Shown in pieces: positions 41,065 to 51,210 of a stretch of DNA of 64,000 nt (the first letter of the stretch is position 1; every line of letters starts with the position of its first letter). The stretch lies in the IMG/VR virus record IMGVR_UViG_3300025759_000058; one strand, written 5' to 3'. The notes beneath the pieces are model-generated. The model did no database searches. It was given only the letters and a program-made list of their open reading frames with translations, and had not been told where the DNA came from. Origin of the DNA: a virus. The translations under genes were made by a program, and so were the position numbers.

Positions 41065-41304
41065 ATGCAATACCAATATGATCCTGCCTTTAAGGATAAC
41101 CCTTATTTAACAACATACCCCAGTATAGGAGATGAAGTAGACATAGTAATTGATGATATTGGATATGATCACCAATGTGATAAACCAAATCCACCCCCTT
41201 GGTGTCCTAATGCTAATGTCCCTTTAGAAGTAAGCCCACTAGGCTTGATTTTATCAATGGCGTTTGGCATATTATTATTAAAAATGAAAACTAATGTTAC
41301 TTAA
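41065..41304 (+). CDS. small protein with a C-terminal TM anchor
   Basis: PPPWC...VPLE, then a hydrophobic helix and basic tail. Confidence 0.55.
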   Translation: MQYQYDPAFKDNPYLTTYPSIGDEVDIVIDDIGYDHQCDKPNPPPWCPNANVPLEVSPLGLILSMAFGILLLKMKTNVT

Positions 41305-41368
41305 ATTTGCAATGTTAATATTGTTTGTATGGACAATTCAAAATTTACCATTCTAAAATCTATAAAAA

Positions 41369-41581
41369 ATGAAAAAGTTATTTTTAACACTAACAGTAGT
41401 AGGCCTCGTAGCTTGTAATTCTACTGAACAACCTATTATTATTCAGCCATGCTGCGACACGGCAGATCAAGTTGATGTACATCCTACTGATTCAAATGGC
41501 ATTTCGACTGAAATTGATTCGCTAAAAGAAGTAAATGAATTATTAGAGTATCTAGAGTCTATTCCAGCGACTCATAGATAA
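41369..41581 (+). CDS. putative lipoprotein
   Basis: MKKLFLTLTVVGLVAC signal peptide and lipobox. Confidence 0.7.
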   Translation: MKKLFLTLTVVGLVACNSTEQPIIIQPCCDTADQVDVHPTDSNGISTEIDSLKEVNELLEYLESIPATHR

Positions 41582-41605
41582 ATTTTAAAAAAAGTTACAT
41601 AAAGG

Positions 41606-41637
41606 CTTGGATTCGAAATAGTTATTTCTTATCTTTA
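41606..41637 (+). promoter_or_regulatory. class I promoter
   Basis: CTTG-N20-TATCTTTA; nearly identical to the copy at 43730. Confidence 0.75.
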
Positions 41638-41640
41638 GAT

Positions 41641-41991
41641 ATGAAGAAAAATAAAACGCCCAAGTTGATGTACGGAATTAAGATTACGACGCCATGGAGC
41701 CCGGAGATGTATGAGCACAATGAACAGGTACGTAAGCGTGTAATTGTTAATCTTAAAGAGGCATTAGATCTTGCAAAGAATAGTAAATCAACAGAGGATG
41801 TAAAACGGCTTGCAAAAGAAATTGCGGGGTATGGACACGGTCATGGATTTGGCATTGATGAGATTTATAACGATGCCGTTGCTCAATTAGATACCGTTCC
41901 CAATTATTGGTTGAACGAAGTGTATTTGCAGTTAGTATGCGATGCATATGTACCAGAGGTCCAGCCTTTCTTCGTCGGTTATGATAAATAA
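41641..41991 (+). CDS. hypothetical protein
   Basis: 116 aa with its own promoter. Confidence 0.7.
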   Translation: MKKNKTPKLMYGIKITTPWSPEMYEHNEQVRKRVIVNLKEALDLAKNSKSTEDVKRLAKEIAGYGHGHGFGIDEIYNDAVAQLDTVPNYWLNEVYLQLVCDAYVPEVQPFFVGYDK

Positions 41992-42009
41992 AAAAAAGTT
42001 ATCAGAGCA

Positions 42010-42041
42010 TTAGGATTCAAAGAAGAAAGTTCTTATCTTTA
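42010..42041 (+). promoter_or_regulatory. class I promoter
   Basis: TTAG-N20-TATCTTTA. Confidence 0.75.
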
Positions 42042-42075
42042 AGAGAGAGTTAATTAATCACCTAAATTATTTAAT

Positions 42076-43236
42076 ATGCGTAAGTATAATTATTACCGAG
42101 TAGTAGCCGACGACGTTAATGGTTTGGTTTTGATCGACAGTGACGATCGAGTAATCAAATCACATAGTTGTCGTGATATTATGATGGAAAAGGCGTATGC
42201 TGAGGATCAATGTCTTCGCCATGATATGGATGAAGACCGATGGATGCGGCGTCCGAAGAGCGAGTGGGAGAGTGAACTTAAATCAAAAGTAAATGCCATG
42301 CATGAGCAACCAATTGAAGCCGATCCAGTATTGAACTTTATTCATAATGAAGCTGTAGGATTGCGTCCCGAGACATTGATCATGTCAGACTTGAAATGGA
42401 AGTATTTAGTCCGATCTGCAGTACGTGGCAAGAACATTATGATGACCGGCCCTGCGGGTTGTGGTAAAACGATGGCCGCTAAGCAACTAGTGAATGCATT
42501 GGATCGTCCGGATTATTATTTTAATCTTGGCGCGACACAAGATCCTCGAGGGACATTGATTGGTAACACCCACTTCAAGAAAGATGAAGGGACATTGTTT
42601 TCAGAATCGATGTTTGTAAAGGCAATCCAACAAGAAGATGCAGTGATTTTGCTTGATGAGATTAGCCGGGCACACCCAGAGGCTTGGAATATTTTGATGA
42701 CAGTGCTTGATCAAGGTCAGCGGTACCTGCGATTAGATGAACATCCGGATTCGCCAACCATCAAAGTGGCAAAGGGTGTGACGTTTATTGCTACTGCAAA
42801 TATCGGTAATGAATATACGGCGACCAGGGCAATGGACCGAGCGTTAGTTGATCGTTTCGTAATTATTGAAATGGATACATTGACTATGGAACAAGAATCG
42901 GCATTGCTGAAGATGTTGCATCCGCGCTTAGATCAGAGCCATGCAGATAACATTGCAGAAATTGCATCAATGACCAGACGAGAAGTACGTAGTGAGTCAC
43001 CTCGGATCAGCAATTCATTGAGTACACGTATTAGTGTAGAGATGGCCGGATTGATGGAGGATGGATTTTCATTAGCCGAATCGGCAGAGGTATGTGTCTA
43101 TCCATTCTTTGATGAAGAAGGAGGTGTAGATTCAGAACGTACATATATCAAGCAAATTGTTCAGAAGTATGCTGATACCAATGCTGAAGAAGATATCTTC
43201 AATACACAGGCAGAGACAGCAAATAATCCATTCTAA
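42076..43236 (+). CDS. MoxR/CbbQ/NorQ-type AAA+ ATPase
   Basis: GPAGCGKT, ILLDEISRA, ATAN, DRALVDRF, STR sensor. Confidence 0.92.
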   Translation: MRKYNYYRVVADDVNGLVLIDSDDRVIKSHSCRDIMMEKAYAEDQCLRHDMDEDRWMRRPKSEWESELKSKVNAMHEQPIEADPVLNFIHNEAVGLRPETLIMSDLKWKYLVRSAVRGKNIMMTGPAGCGKTMAAKQLVNALDRPDYYFNLGATQDPRGTLIGNTHFKKDEGTLFSESMFVKAIQQEDAVILLDEISRAHPEAWNILMTVLDQGQRYLRLDEHPDSPTIKVAKGVTFIATANIGNEYTATRAMDRALVDRFVIIEMDTLTMEQESALLKMLHPRLDQSHADNIAEIASMTRREVRSESPRISNSLSTRISVEMAGLMEDGFSLAESAEVCVYPFFDEEGGVDSERTYIKQIVQKYADTNAEEDIFNTQAETANNPF

Positions 43237-43246
43237 TTTAGGTGAT

Positions 43247-43276
43247 GGGGCAGCGGGTAATGCCGGCCCCTTTTTT
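43247..43276 (+). terminator. rho-independent terminator
   Basis: GGGGC...GCCCC stem followed by TTTTTT. Confidence 0.75.
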
Positions 43277-43286
43277 ATTTTTAATC

Positions 43287-43712
43287 ATGCAAATTGATAG
43301 ATATACTGATAAAGGGTTTATACGTTACGCGGAAATGCGGTCTGATGAAACTGGTAAATATCGACAAGGAATTGTAGTTAATAAACTTCTCACAAATATG
43401 GACTGTCCCGGTGTCTATGTATTATGTAACTGTACGGATGGGTCCGTTGAGAAGATTGGCGAGACGGCCGATTTCGAAGCACGTATGCGTATGTATGTAT
43501 CAATAGTTAATACTACAAACAATAGAGTACGTAATCAAGTCAAATTCAGCGGCCTAGACGTATATGTTTATCCAACACCTGTAGTATCTGAAATCGTCAT
43601 GGGGCATAAATGTTTAACTAGCTTTCAGAAGGATTTAGAGAAATATTTATTGATGGAGTTCAGGAAAGAAAATGACGGCCGGTTACCATTACTTAATGCA
43701 TGTAATCGGTAA
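43287..43712 (+). CDS. GIY-YIG-like nuclease domain protein
   Basis: GVYVL...KIGET...RMRMY, LEKYL, PLLN. Confidence 0.6.
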   Translation: MQIDRYTDKGFIRYAEMRSDETGKYRQGIVVNKLLTNMDCPGVYVLCNCTDGSVEKIGETADFEARMRMYVSIVNTTNNRVRNQVKFSGLDVYVYPTPVVSEIVMGHKCLTSFQKDLEKYLLMEFRKENDGRLPLLNACNR

Positions 43713-43729
43713 ACTTTTTTTACAAAAGA

Positions 43730-43761
43730 TTAGGTTTCGAAATAGTTATTTCTTATCTTTA
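43730..43761 (+). promoter_or_regulatory. class I promoter
   Basis: TTAG-N20-TATCTTTA. Confidence 0.75.
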
Positions 43762-43785
43762 GATATGAAGAAAAAGGTAAATAAA

Positions 43786-45822
43786 ATGTCAAAGAGTGCT
43801 TCAAGCTTTTGGTTGGATGAAGATTTTCTTGATAATCATGGTCAGGATAAAAAAGGAAAGGATCCAATCAAATTGGCAGCATATCGTAAAGCAGTTGCAA
43901 ACTTTGTACGTATTGTAACGGGTGAGGATATTAAGGTTAAGTTTACGCAGAACGGTAAAAGTTATACGGACGGCAAAGCTGTTACTATTTCGGCTACATT
44001 AGATGATAAGAAATTTGATTCGGCTGTAGGTTTAGCTTTGCATGAGGGTTCGCATATCAAATTGACGGATTTTAATGTCGTGCGTATGATAGATGATTTC
44101 ATCCAACGTAAGGACGATTATGTGTTGGAGTATAAGCAAAAATATCAGTTAGAAGATCGATGGATGGTTAGTAACAAAATTGGTGTAACGTTACGTGATC
44201 TTCTTAATATCGTCGAAGACCGACGTATCGACAACTTTGTATATAAGTCAGCTCCCGGCTACCGCGGGTATTATCAAGCATTGTATGATAAATATTTTAA
44301 TTCAACCATTATTGATAAAGGTCTTGAATCGGACGAGTATCGTACAGAGGAGTGGGAGTCGTATATGTTCCGTATTATTAATATTACCAATCCTAAACGA
44401 GATTTAAATGCATTGAAGAGTCTTCGTACGGTATGGGATATAATGGATCTTGCAAATGTCGATCGACTTAAAAGCACGGCCGATGCATTGAATGTTGCAT
44501 GGGAGATCTTTAAAGCCGTTGAAGAATCAATTGAAGTAGTAGAAAATAAAGCTTCAGATAGCCAGCCAGATTCGGATCAGATACAAGAACAGCAATCCTA
44601 TGGCAACTCGGCAGGCACCGGAACGTCCGGAACTTCAAATGAAGATGATACTGAAGATGGTGATGATGATGGAGAATCGGCTGATGGTAGTGAAGTAGAA
44701 GCATCGCCAGGTAATATTAACGGAGGGTCTATGCCAGATGTTGAGCTTGAGCCTTTAAGTGCTAAAGAACATGATCGTCTGCAACGAGCAATTCATCAGC
44801 AAAAAGATTTTCTGAATGGTCATCTTAAGAAGACCGGTCTTAGTAAAAAGAATCTACGTGAAGTAGAAGCTTTGGAAGCAGCGTCAGTTGACGAGCGAGA
44901 AGTTTCATATACGAAGCAGTCTTATTACGGCGATACAATTCAAAAGCAAAAGGTTGTTGTCATTAAAGATATTTCAAAAGAAATGATTGATAACCTAAGA
45001 TGCGATATGTGGTCTGAATGGGGAGTAAATGATCGTCTTGAATGGGTGAATGAAGGTATCATATTTGGTACTGCATTGGGTAAGAAGTTGAAAGTGCGTG
45101 ATGATGAGAAGTCGACTAAATACAATCGTCTTCGTTCCGGCCGAATTGATAAGCGAATGATTGCAGCTGCAGGTTATGGTGCCGAAGGTATCTTTGAGAA
45201 GATTGAGACATTTGCATATCGCCCGGGCATGATTCATATTTCAATTGACAATAGCGGATCGATGAGCGGCCATAAATTCCGTAAAACAATTGTGAGTGCA
45301 ACTGCAATTGCAAAGGCTTGTAGTATGATTGATAATATGGAATGTGTTATTAGTTTTCGATCGACAGCAACGATCGGTGATCAAAGTTATCATCAGGCAT
45401 TACCGACGATTGTTATTGCATATGATAGTCGCCGAGATAGCATCATGAAGATGCGAACCATTATGCCATTCATGAATGTATGTGGCGGCACGCCAGAAGG
45501 CCTATGTTTTGATGCCGTTATGAAAGAAATTCTTGACGGTTCAAATGGTAAAGATGCATATTTTGTTAACTTCTCCGATGGTCAGCCATATTGTGGTAAC
45601 TACCATGGTGTAGCCGCATATACACATACCAAGAAGCAAGTTGATAAGATGGTTAATAATAATATCAAAGTTATTAGCTATTTTATTACAGAGAGCCGTT
45701 CATCATACGGCCACGATGAGGATGTATTTAAAACAATGTATGGTAAAGATGCATCATTCATCGATGTAACAAAAATGCGTGAAGTTGCCGGCAGTATTAA
45801 TAAGAAGTTTTTGCAAGTATAA
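43786..45822 (+). CDS. HExxH metallopeptidase-like plus VWA domain protein (CobT/NorD-like partner of the AAA+)
   Basis: HEGSH...NIVEDRRI, an acidic linker, MIDAS DNSGS, GGTP, FSDG. Start at 43765 or 43786. Confidence 0.85.
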   Translation: MSKSASSFWLDEDFLDNHGQDKKGKDPIKLAAYRKAVANFVRIVTGEDIKVKFTQNGKSYTDGKAVTISATLDDKKFDSAVGLALHEGSHIKLTDFNVVRMIDDFIQRKDDYVLEYKQKYQLEDRWMVSNKIGVTLRDLLNIVEDRRIDNFVYKSAPGYRGYYQALYDKYFNSTIIDKGLESDEYRTEEWESYMFRIINITNPKRDLNALKSLRTVWDIMDLANVDRLKSTADALNVAWEIFKAVEESIEVVENKASDSQPDSDQIQEQQSYGNSAGTGTSGTSNEDDTEDGDDDGESADGSEVEASPGNINGGSMPDVELEPLSAKEHDRLQRAIHQQKDFLNGHLKKTGLSKKNLREVEALEAASVDEREVSYTKQSYYGDTIQKQKVVVIKDISKEMIDNLRCDMWSEWGVNDRLEWVNEGIIFGTALGKKLKVRDDEKSTKYNRLRSGRIDKRMIAAAGYGAEGIFEKIETFAYRPGMIHISIDNSGSMSGHKFRKTIVSATAIAKACSMIDNMECVISFRSTATIGDQSYHQALPTIVIAYDSRRDSIMKMRTIMPFMNVCGGTPEGLCFDAVMKEILDGSNGKDAYFVNFSDGQPYCGNYHGVAAYTHTKKQVDKMVNNNIKVISYFITESRSSYGHDEDVFKTMYGKDASFIDVTKMREVAGSINKKFLQV

Positions 45823-45844
45823 TATTTAATAAAGGAAGAAGGTT

Positions 45845-46063
45845 ATGTATAGACTAACAGTACACATCGAAGGCGTTAAGCACGTAAACCGAGAAGTAAA
45901 AGTCGGTAAAGAAAAGAAGTCAAAGTCTTTCATCTATAACACGATCAGCATCAGAAACATTCCTAGTATGTTTGAGGTCAATCGTAGATTGGCGGATATG
46001 CGCGATCGATATACTATCAAACAAAAGAATGGCAAAGAATTGTATAACATAGTTCTGCAATAA
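45845..46063 (+). CDS. basic hypothetical protein
   Basis: 72 aa ORF. Confidence 0.6.
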   Translation: MYRLTVHIEGVKHVNREVKVGKEKKSKSFIYNTISIRNIPSMFEVNRRLADMRDRYTIKQKNGKELYNIVLQ

Positions 46064-46100
46064 TTTGTTTTGTTGAATAAGTTTTATTATAATAGAGGTT

Positions 46101-46751
46101 ATGAAAGTAGAATTAATTAACAAGACGCCAGATGCTGAAATGCATATTGTGGAGGTTGCACGTGTATCTAGTTCACGTACGGATAAGAAAGATAAACCGG
46201 AAGGCCTTTTATCATACTTGGTACGTCACAAGCACTGGTCACCGTTCGAGCACAGTTATGCGACGTTCGAGATTGAAACTTCCAAAGCCATCGGTATCCA
46301 GCTCATCCGTCACCGTTCATTCACTTTTCAAGAGTTTAGTCAACGATATCAAGATGTTAATCATTTGGGAGATATCTTCGAAGCCGTTGAGTTACGGTCG
46401 CAGGCAAAAGATAATAGACAAAGTTCAGTCGATGTGATTGATCCTAGGATTGACTTTAAGTATCCTGAAATAGCCGCATCCGCTGCGATAAACAGTCACC
46501 TCAAAGATGTCCATGAGTTATATGATAAACTTTTAAATGCTGGCGTAGCGCGCGAAACGGCACGAATGATTTTGCCTCTATGTACTAAGACAAAAATTCA
46601 TATGACAGGCTCATTGAGATCATGGATACATTTCTTAGAGCTACGAGATGATCCTCATGCACAGAAAGAGATTCAAGAGATTGCAAAAGAGGTTAAGCGG
46701 CAGTTTGCAGATAACTTTCCTATCATCAGTAAAGCATTAGGTTATAAATGA
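46101..46751 (+). CDS. thyX: FAD-dependent thymidylate synthase ThyX
   Basis: HWSPFEH, RHRSFTFQEFSQRY, ETARMILP, HAQKEI. Confidence 0.97.
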   Translation: MKVELINKTPDAEMHIVEVARVSSSRTDKKDKPEGLLSYLVRHKHWSPFEHSYATFEIETSKAIGIQLIRHRSFTFQEFSQRYQDVNHLGDIFEAVELRSQAKDNRQSSVDVIDPRIDFKYPEIAASAAINSHLKDVHELYDKLLNAGVARETARMILPLCTKTKIHMTGSLRSWIHFLELRDDPHAQKEIQEIAKEVKRQFADNFPIISKALGYK

Positions 46752-46999
46752 TTGAAGTATTTGGATGGTTATGTACCATCATTATATTAGCCGGTTTCGT
46801 ATTAAATAGCTATGGTAGATTATATCCGGCACTGATAACATGGATTGTAGGTGATATTGGCTGGATAGTCTATGATGTATTTATTGATAACATATCACAT
46901 CTAGCTTTATCAATGGCTATCATTGGTATCAATGTATTCGGTATCGTCAATCTATTAAAAAAGAAACGCAATGAAGATCGCCGTTTGGATGAACACTAA
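46748..46999 (+). CDS. 3-TM small membrane protein
   Basis: Three hydrophobic segments. Confidence 0.65.
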   Translation: MIEVFGWLCTIIILAGFVLNSYGRLYPALITWIVGDIGWIVYDVFIDNISHLALSMAIIGINVFGIVNLLKKKRNEDRRLDEH

Positions 47000-47195
47000 A
47001 GATTTGTCTAAAGCAGATCGTGGTGAGTATGTACCATTCTATCATACAAAGCCATCATATCCAGTAACAGCTGTATTTGCTCAAGTACAACTTACATATG
47101 ATGAATACGTATATTTGAATGACAATAAACCAAAAGATGTTAGCCACGTTAATAATTACGACTACGGCGACGTATATGGAGATACAGACTATTGA
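46971..47195 (+). CDS. hypothetical protein
   Basis: 74 aa; weakly similar to the next ORF (AVW/QIW, LTYDEY/VTYDWF). Confidence 0.6.
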   Translation: MKIAVWMNTKDLSKADRGEYVPFYHTKPSYPVTAVFAQVQLTYDEYVYLNDNKPKDVSHVNNYDYGDVYGDTDY

Positions 47196-47383
47196 AACCA
47201 GTAGTCCAAATATGGATCCATGAATCAGCACTGGCTCAAATAGAACGTGGCAACTTTCCTAGTAGTATATGGACCAGAGACCCAGGCAAAGAGAACGTTA
47301 TTTGTATCAATGTAACATATGATTGGTTCAGGTCAATGCGTGAGTATGAACTTAAACTAAAACAAAACGATTTACCATTTTAA
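47192..47383 (+). CDS. hypothetical protein
   Basis: 63 aa with a TTG start, coupled on both sides. Confidence 0.55.
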   Translation: MKPVVQIWIHESALAQIERGNFPSSIWTRDPGKENVICINVTYDWFRSMREYELKLKQNDLPF

Positions 47384-47769
47384 TGCAACTAATAACAACA
47401 CATCCTGTAAAGAAATCAGATTTAGGTTTCCATGGAAATCTATTTGGTGGTAAGCTACTGGCATGGATAGATGCCGCGGCTGCCGCATATGCCTCGGAGG
47501 TATGTGATTCACCTAGGATGGTTACTGTTGCAATAGAAAGATGTAACTTTAGACGGCCTGCTAAAGAAGGCCAAATGATAAAAATATATGGCGATGTTGA
47601 CTCTATAGGAACTAGTAGTATTACTTTACGGCTAGAGGCTAGAACACATAATGTCTACAACGGCAATCAGAATATCGTATTGAATACTAAAATTGTATTC
47701 GTACGTATTGATGAACAAGGCGATGCGATTCCAATATCAGATCGCGTACGTAATAAGTTTGAATCTTAA
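47383..47769 (+). CDS. acyl-CoA thioesterase (HotDog fold, YciA-like)
   Basis: HGNLFGGKLLAWID, MVTV, GTSS, FVRIDEQG. Confidence 0.88.
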   Translation: MQLITTHPVKKSDLGFHGNLFGGKLLAWIDAAAAAYASEVCDSPRMVTVAIERCNFRRPAKEGQMIKIYGDVDSIGTSSITLRLEARTHNVYNGNQNIVLNTKIVFVRIDEQGDAIPISDRVRNKFES

Positions 47770-47806
47770 CCAAATATAATTTTTAAAAACCTTAAAGGAG
47801 AAAACA

Positions 47807-50530
47807 ATGAAAACAATGGTTAATGTGATGCTGACAATGTTTATGATGGCAATGTCAGTTCCAATCTTTGCCCAAATTACGGGTAAAGTAGTTGATTCTA
47901 GTAACGGCGATCCACTCGTCGGCGCTAGCGTGTATAAGGAAGGTAACCAGACTGGTGTATCGACAAATGTCGATGGCGGGTTTGATTTATCTGCAGAAGC
48001 TACTGGTAACATAGTTATCAGTTTTATCGGTTATGAAACGGCTACATTGGCAGCTGCAACCGATATGGGTATAATTAGCCTTGACCCTACAGCATTAACA
48101 TTGGCAACTGCCTCTGTTATTGCTAATGTGGTTGATGTGGCTAAAGTAAGAGAAACGCCTGTTGCAGTATCTACTATTGCACCTGCTGAAATTGAATTGA
48201 AAGTCGGTAACCAAGAGTTTCCGGAGATCATGAATAGTACGCCTAGCGTATATGCGACTAAGCAAGGCGGCGGTTATGGTGATTCTCGTATATCATTGAG
48301 AGGTTTTGACCAACGGAATACTTCGTTCCTTATTAATGGTCAGCCTGTTAACGATATGGAAAATGGTTGGGTGTATTGGTCCAATTGGCAAGGGTTGACG
48401 GATGTAGCTTCCGGCATTCAAATTCAACGTGGCTTAGGTGCAACTAGATTAGCAGTGCCATCCGTAGGCGGAACTGTATCTATCTTCACTAAGGCCGCAG
48501 AAAGAGAACGTGGAGGATCTGTATCAGAAACGCTCGGTAATGATGGCTATGCTAAGACATCTGTAACTTGGTCATCCGGTAAGAATGACAATGGTTGGGC
48601 TTCTTCTTTCTTGTTGAGCAAGTGGGCTGGTAACGGCTACATTGACAATACGTCAGGTGAAGGCTGGACATACTTTGGTGCTATAGGATATGAGCCAGAG
48701 GGGTCAAAGCATGCACTTAACCTGTCAGTGTTAGGCGCCGGCCAATGGCACCACCAGAGAGACTTATGGGTATCAATTAGAGATTATCAAACGTTCGGTG
48801 AACAGAATGATGATGGTATTAATACTCGTTGGAACTCTGATGGTGGTACATTGAATGGCGAAGAGTACAATATGCGTCGTAACTTCTACAACAAGCCTTT
48901 GGCGACATTTAACTGGGACTGGGATATCAATGAAAACTTAACATTGAATACCTCAGTTTACGGTTCGGCGGGACGTGGAGGCGGAACAGGGCCACGTGGT
49001 AAGAACTATGACGTATTACCATACAATGTAGACCTGTATCAATTTATGTATGAAGATAGCGTAACGGCATTCCGTACGGACGATGGCCATGTTGATTATG
49101 ATGCTATTGTTGCTGATAACCAAGCTGGTGCATTACCGCATGATGGATCCGTTAATGAAGACTTTGCTGGTCAGTTGATCGGTGGACATAGTTATGGTGA
49201 TTCGACTATTTTCAAATCAGGTATGATTCGTAGAGCATCCATGAACTCCCATGACTGGGTCGGTGCTATCTCTAATTTGGAATATAATAAAGGCAATTGG
49301 AGAGCATCTGTTGGATTGGATTTGCGTAAGTATACAGGTTACCACTACCGTGTTGTCAATGACTTGTTAGGATTTGATGCTTACTATTCCGTAGGCAATA
49401 ATAATAGTAACGGCCAAATGATTAATACAACGGTAGAAGCTAGGCCATTTGCTAACACAGGATTAAATGGTCCTAAGATTGATTACTATAACGTAGGTAA
49501 TGTTGGATGGACAGGCGTAAATGGTTTGCTTGAGTATAACAACCAGAGCAATATTACAGCTGTTGTCCAGGCTGGTGTTTCTAACCAATCATACCAACGT
49601 GAAGATTACTTTGATCAACCTAACAATCCTATATCAGATGTTGCTAATTTGATAGGTGGTTATGTAAAGGGCGGATTGAACTACAACTTGGATGAAAGAT
49701 CCAATGTATTCTTCAATACCGGCATGATCTCAAGACAGCCTATGTTTGATGCAGTGTTCCCTAACTATGCTAATAACATCAATGAAGATCTCGAAAATGA
49801 GCAGATCCGTTCATTGGAATTGGGATATGGCTTCATTGGTAATGACTTGACATTGAATGCTAATGTATATTCAACGACATGGGGTAATAGATTCATCTCC
49901 CGTTCATTGACCAATGCACAAGGCGTCGATGGGTTTGCGCAGTTTAGAGATATCGATGTACAGCATAACGGTATTGAACTTGAATCAACATACAGACCAA
50001 ATAGCGATCTTAAATTGACCGGTATGTTGTCTATAGGCGATTGGAGATATACTAAGAACTTTACAGCGACCATCTTTGATGAGAATCAAACAGAGATTGG
50101 TACCGGAACGCTTTATACGAAAGGCGCAAAGGTAGGTGACGCTGCTCAGTTCACTGGCAACCTCGGTGTTGATTATCGAATCGGCAAGACGATTAATGTA
50201 GATGCTCGTTATAGATTCGTAGATGGTCTGTATGCAGACTATTCTATTAATGATTCAGACTTCTTGAATCCAGATAATAACGGTGCATTGCAATTACCTT
50301 CATACGGTTTATTAGACGCCGGCACCACTGTAAGATTCAATATGTTTGGCAATGATGCTACATTTAGAATTAATGTCAACAACGTATTGAATACTACGTA
50401 TATCGCAGAGTCTAATACTAATATCCATGCTACTGCAGATTCAGATACATGGAATGGAGTTGATACTCAGAACTTCGTATGGTTCGGCTTTGGTCGTACA
50501 TGGAACGCTTCTTTGAAGTATAACTTCTAA
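47807..50530 (+). CDS. TonB-dependent outer-membrane receptor (Bacteroidota type, N-terminal CarboxypepD_reg-like domain)
   Basis: Signal peptide; ITGKVVDS..PLVGASV; plug ISLRGF..LINGQP..IQRG; C-terminal GRTWNASLKYNF beta-signal. Confidence 0.93.
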   Translation: MKTMVNVMLTMFMMAMSVPIFAQITGKVVDSSNGDPLVGASVYKEGNQTGVSTNVDGGFDLSAEATGNIVISFIGYETATLAAATDMGIISLDPTALTLATASVIANVVDVAKVRETPVAVSTIAPAEIELKVGNQEFPEIMNSTPSVYATKQGGGYGDSRISLRGFDQRNTSFLINGQPVNDMENGWVYWSNWQGLTDVASGIQIQRGLGATRLAVPSVGGTVSIFTKAAERERGGSVSETLGNDGYAKTSVTWSSGKNDNGWASSFLLSKWAGNGYIDNTSGEGWTYFGAIGYEPEGSKHALNLSVLGAGQWHHQRDLWVSIRDYQTFGEQNDDGINTRWNSDGGTLNGEEYNMRRNFYNKPLATFNWDWDINENLTLNTSVYGSAGRGGGTGPRGKNYDVLPYNVDLYQFMYEDSVTAFRTDDGHVDYDAIVADNQAGALPHDGSVNEDFAGQLIGGHSYGDSTIFKSGMIRRASMNSHDWVGAISNLEYNKGNWRASVGLDLRKYTGYHYRVVNDLLGFDAYYSVGNNNSNGQMINTTVEARPFANTGLNGPKIDYYNVGNVGWTGVNGLLEYNNQSNITAVVQAGVSNQSYQREDYFDQPNNPISDVANLIGGYVKGGLNYNLDERSNVFFNTGMISRQPMFDAVFPNYANNINEDLENEQIRSLELGYGFIGNDLTLNANVYSTTWGNRFISRSLTNAQGVDGFAQFRDIDVQHNGIELESTYRPNSDLKLTGMLSIGDWRYTKNFTATIFDENQTEIGTGTLYTKGAKVGDAAQFTGNLGVDYRIGKTINVDARYRFVDGLYADYSINDSDFLNPDNNGALQLPSYGLLDAGTTVRFNMFGNDATFRINVNNVLNTTYIAESNTNIHATADSDTWNGVDTQNFVWFGFGRTWNASLKYNF

Positions 50531-50550
50531 TGAATGAAATGCTATGCGTT

Positions 50551-50587
50551 GAGAGTGTGCCTACGGGCACCTCTCTTCGCTTAGTTT
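50551..50587 (+). terminator. hairpin with a cUACGg tetraloop after the TBDR (terminator-like)
   Basis: GAGAG-T-GTGCC-TACG-GGCAC-CTCTC; weak U-tract. Confidence 0.55.
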
Positions 50588-50603
50588 AAAGAAATTAGTA
50601 TGT

Positions 50604-50996
50604 ATGAGTAAGTATCCGGATAATGTAGCATGGGACGATGAAGAAGAGAGATGGATTGCTCACATACTGCCATATGCATCTAATGTAGGTGCACCTGTTA
50701 TTAAACCAGATAATATAGATAGTTGGAGAGAACGAGGTGTTAGCAAAGTTAACCACCATTTAGAATCTAAGTTCTTAGAACTTAAAGACCAATATCTTTC
50801 TTTAGTAGAAGAATTCCGGTGGAATGATATTATCTATAATGCAAAATTTAGTTTCGAGCCTGTAGTAGGTGAAGTGTATTATTTATATAAGTCCAATGAT
50901 GAACACTTCTTATCATTAATATCTCCTAATGAATGGAATAAAGAATGTATAGGCTCGTTCCGATTAAATGCAGATCAAAGATGGACGAAACAATGA
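50604..50996 (+). CDS. DUF2452-like protein
   Basis: LPYASNVGAP, YNAKFSFEPVVGEVYYLY, SLISPNEW. Confidence 0.72.
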   Translation: MSKYPDNVAWDDEEERWIAHILPYASNVGAPVIKPDNIDSWRERGVSKVNHHLESKFLELKDQYLSLVEEFRWNDIIYNAKFSFEPVVGEVYYLYKSNDEHFLSLISPNEWNKECIGSFRLNADQRWTKQ

Positions 50997-51190
50997 AGAT
51001 CTCAGATGAGACGAAGAGAGAATATATTGATAGACTCAATATAGTTGGCGGATTCATAGATGAGTTATTACTACATCACCCAGTGTCCTCATACAATTTA
51101 GACTTTAAAGAAAAAGTAGAAGAGGCCGCGGAGATATTATGGGAAGTGTATACAACAGCCCAAGATAAGTATAAAAACAAAACTCTTTAA
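50993..51190 (+). CDS. hypothetical protein
   Basis: ATGA overlap start at 50993. Confidence 0.6.
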   Translation: MKISDETKREYIDRLNIVGGFIDELLLHHPVSSYNLDFKEKVEEAAEILWEVYTTAQDKYKNKTL

Positions 51191-51210
51191 AGAAATTCTA
51201 GTAAGAATCT

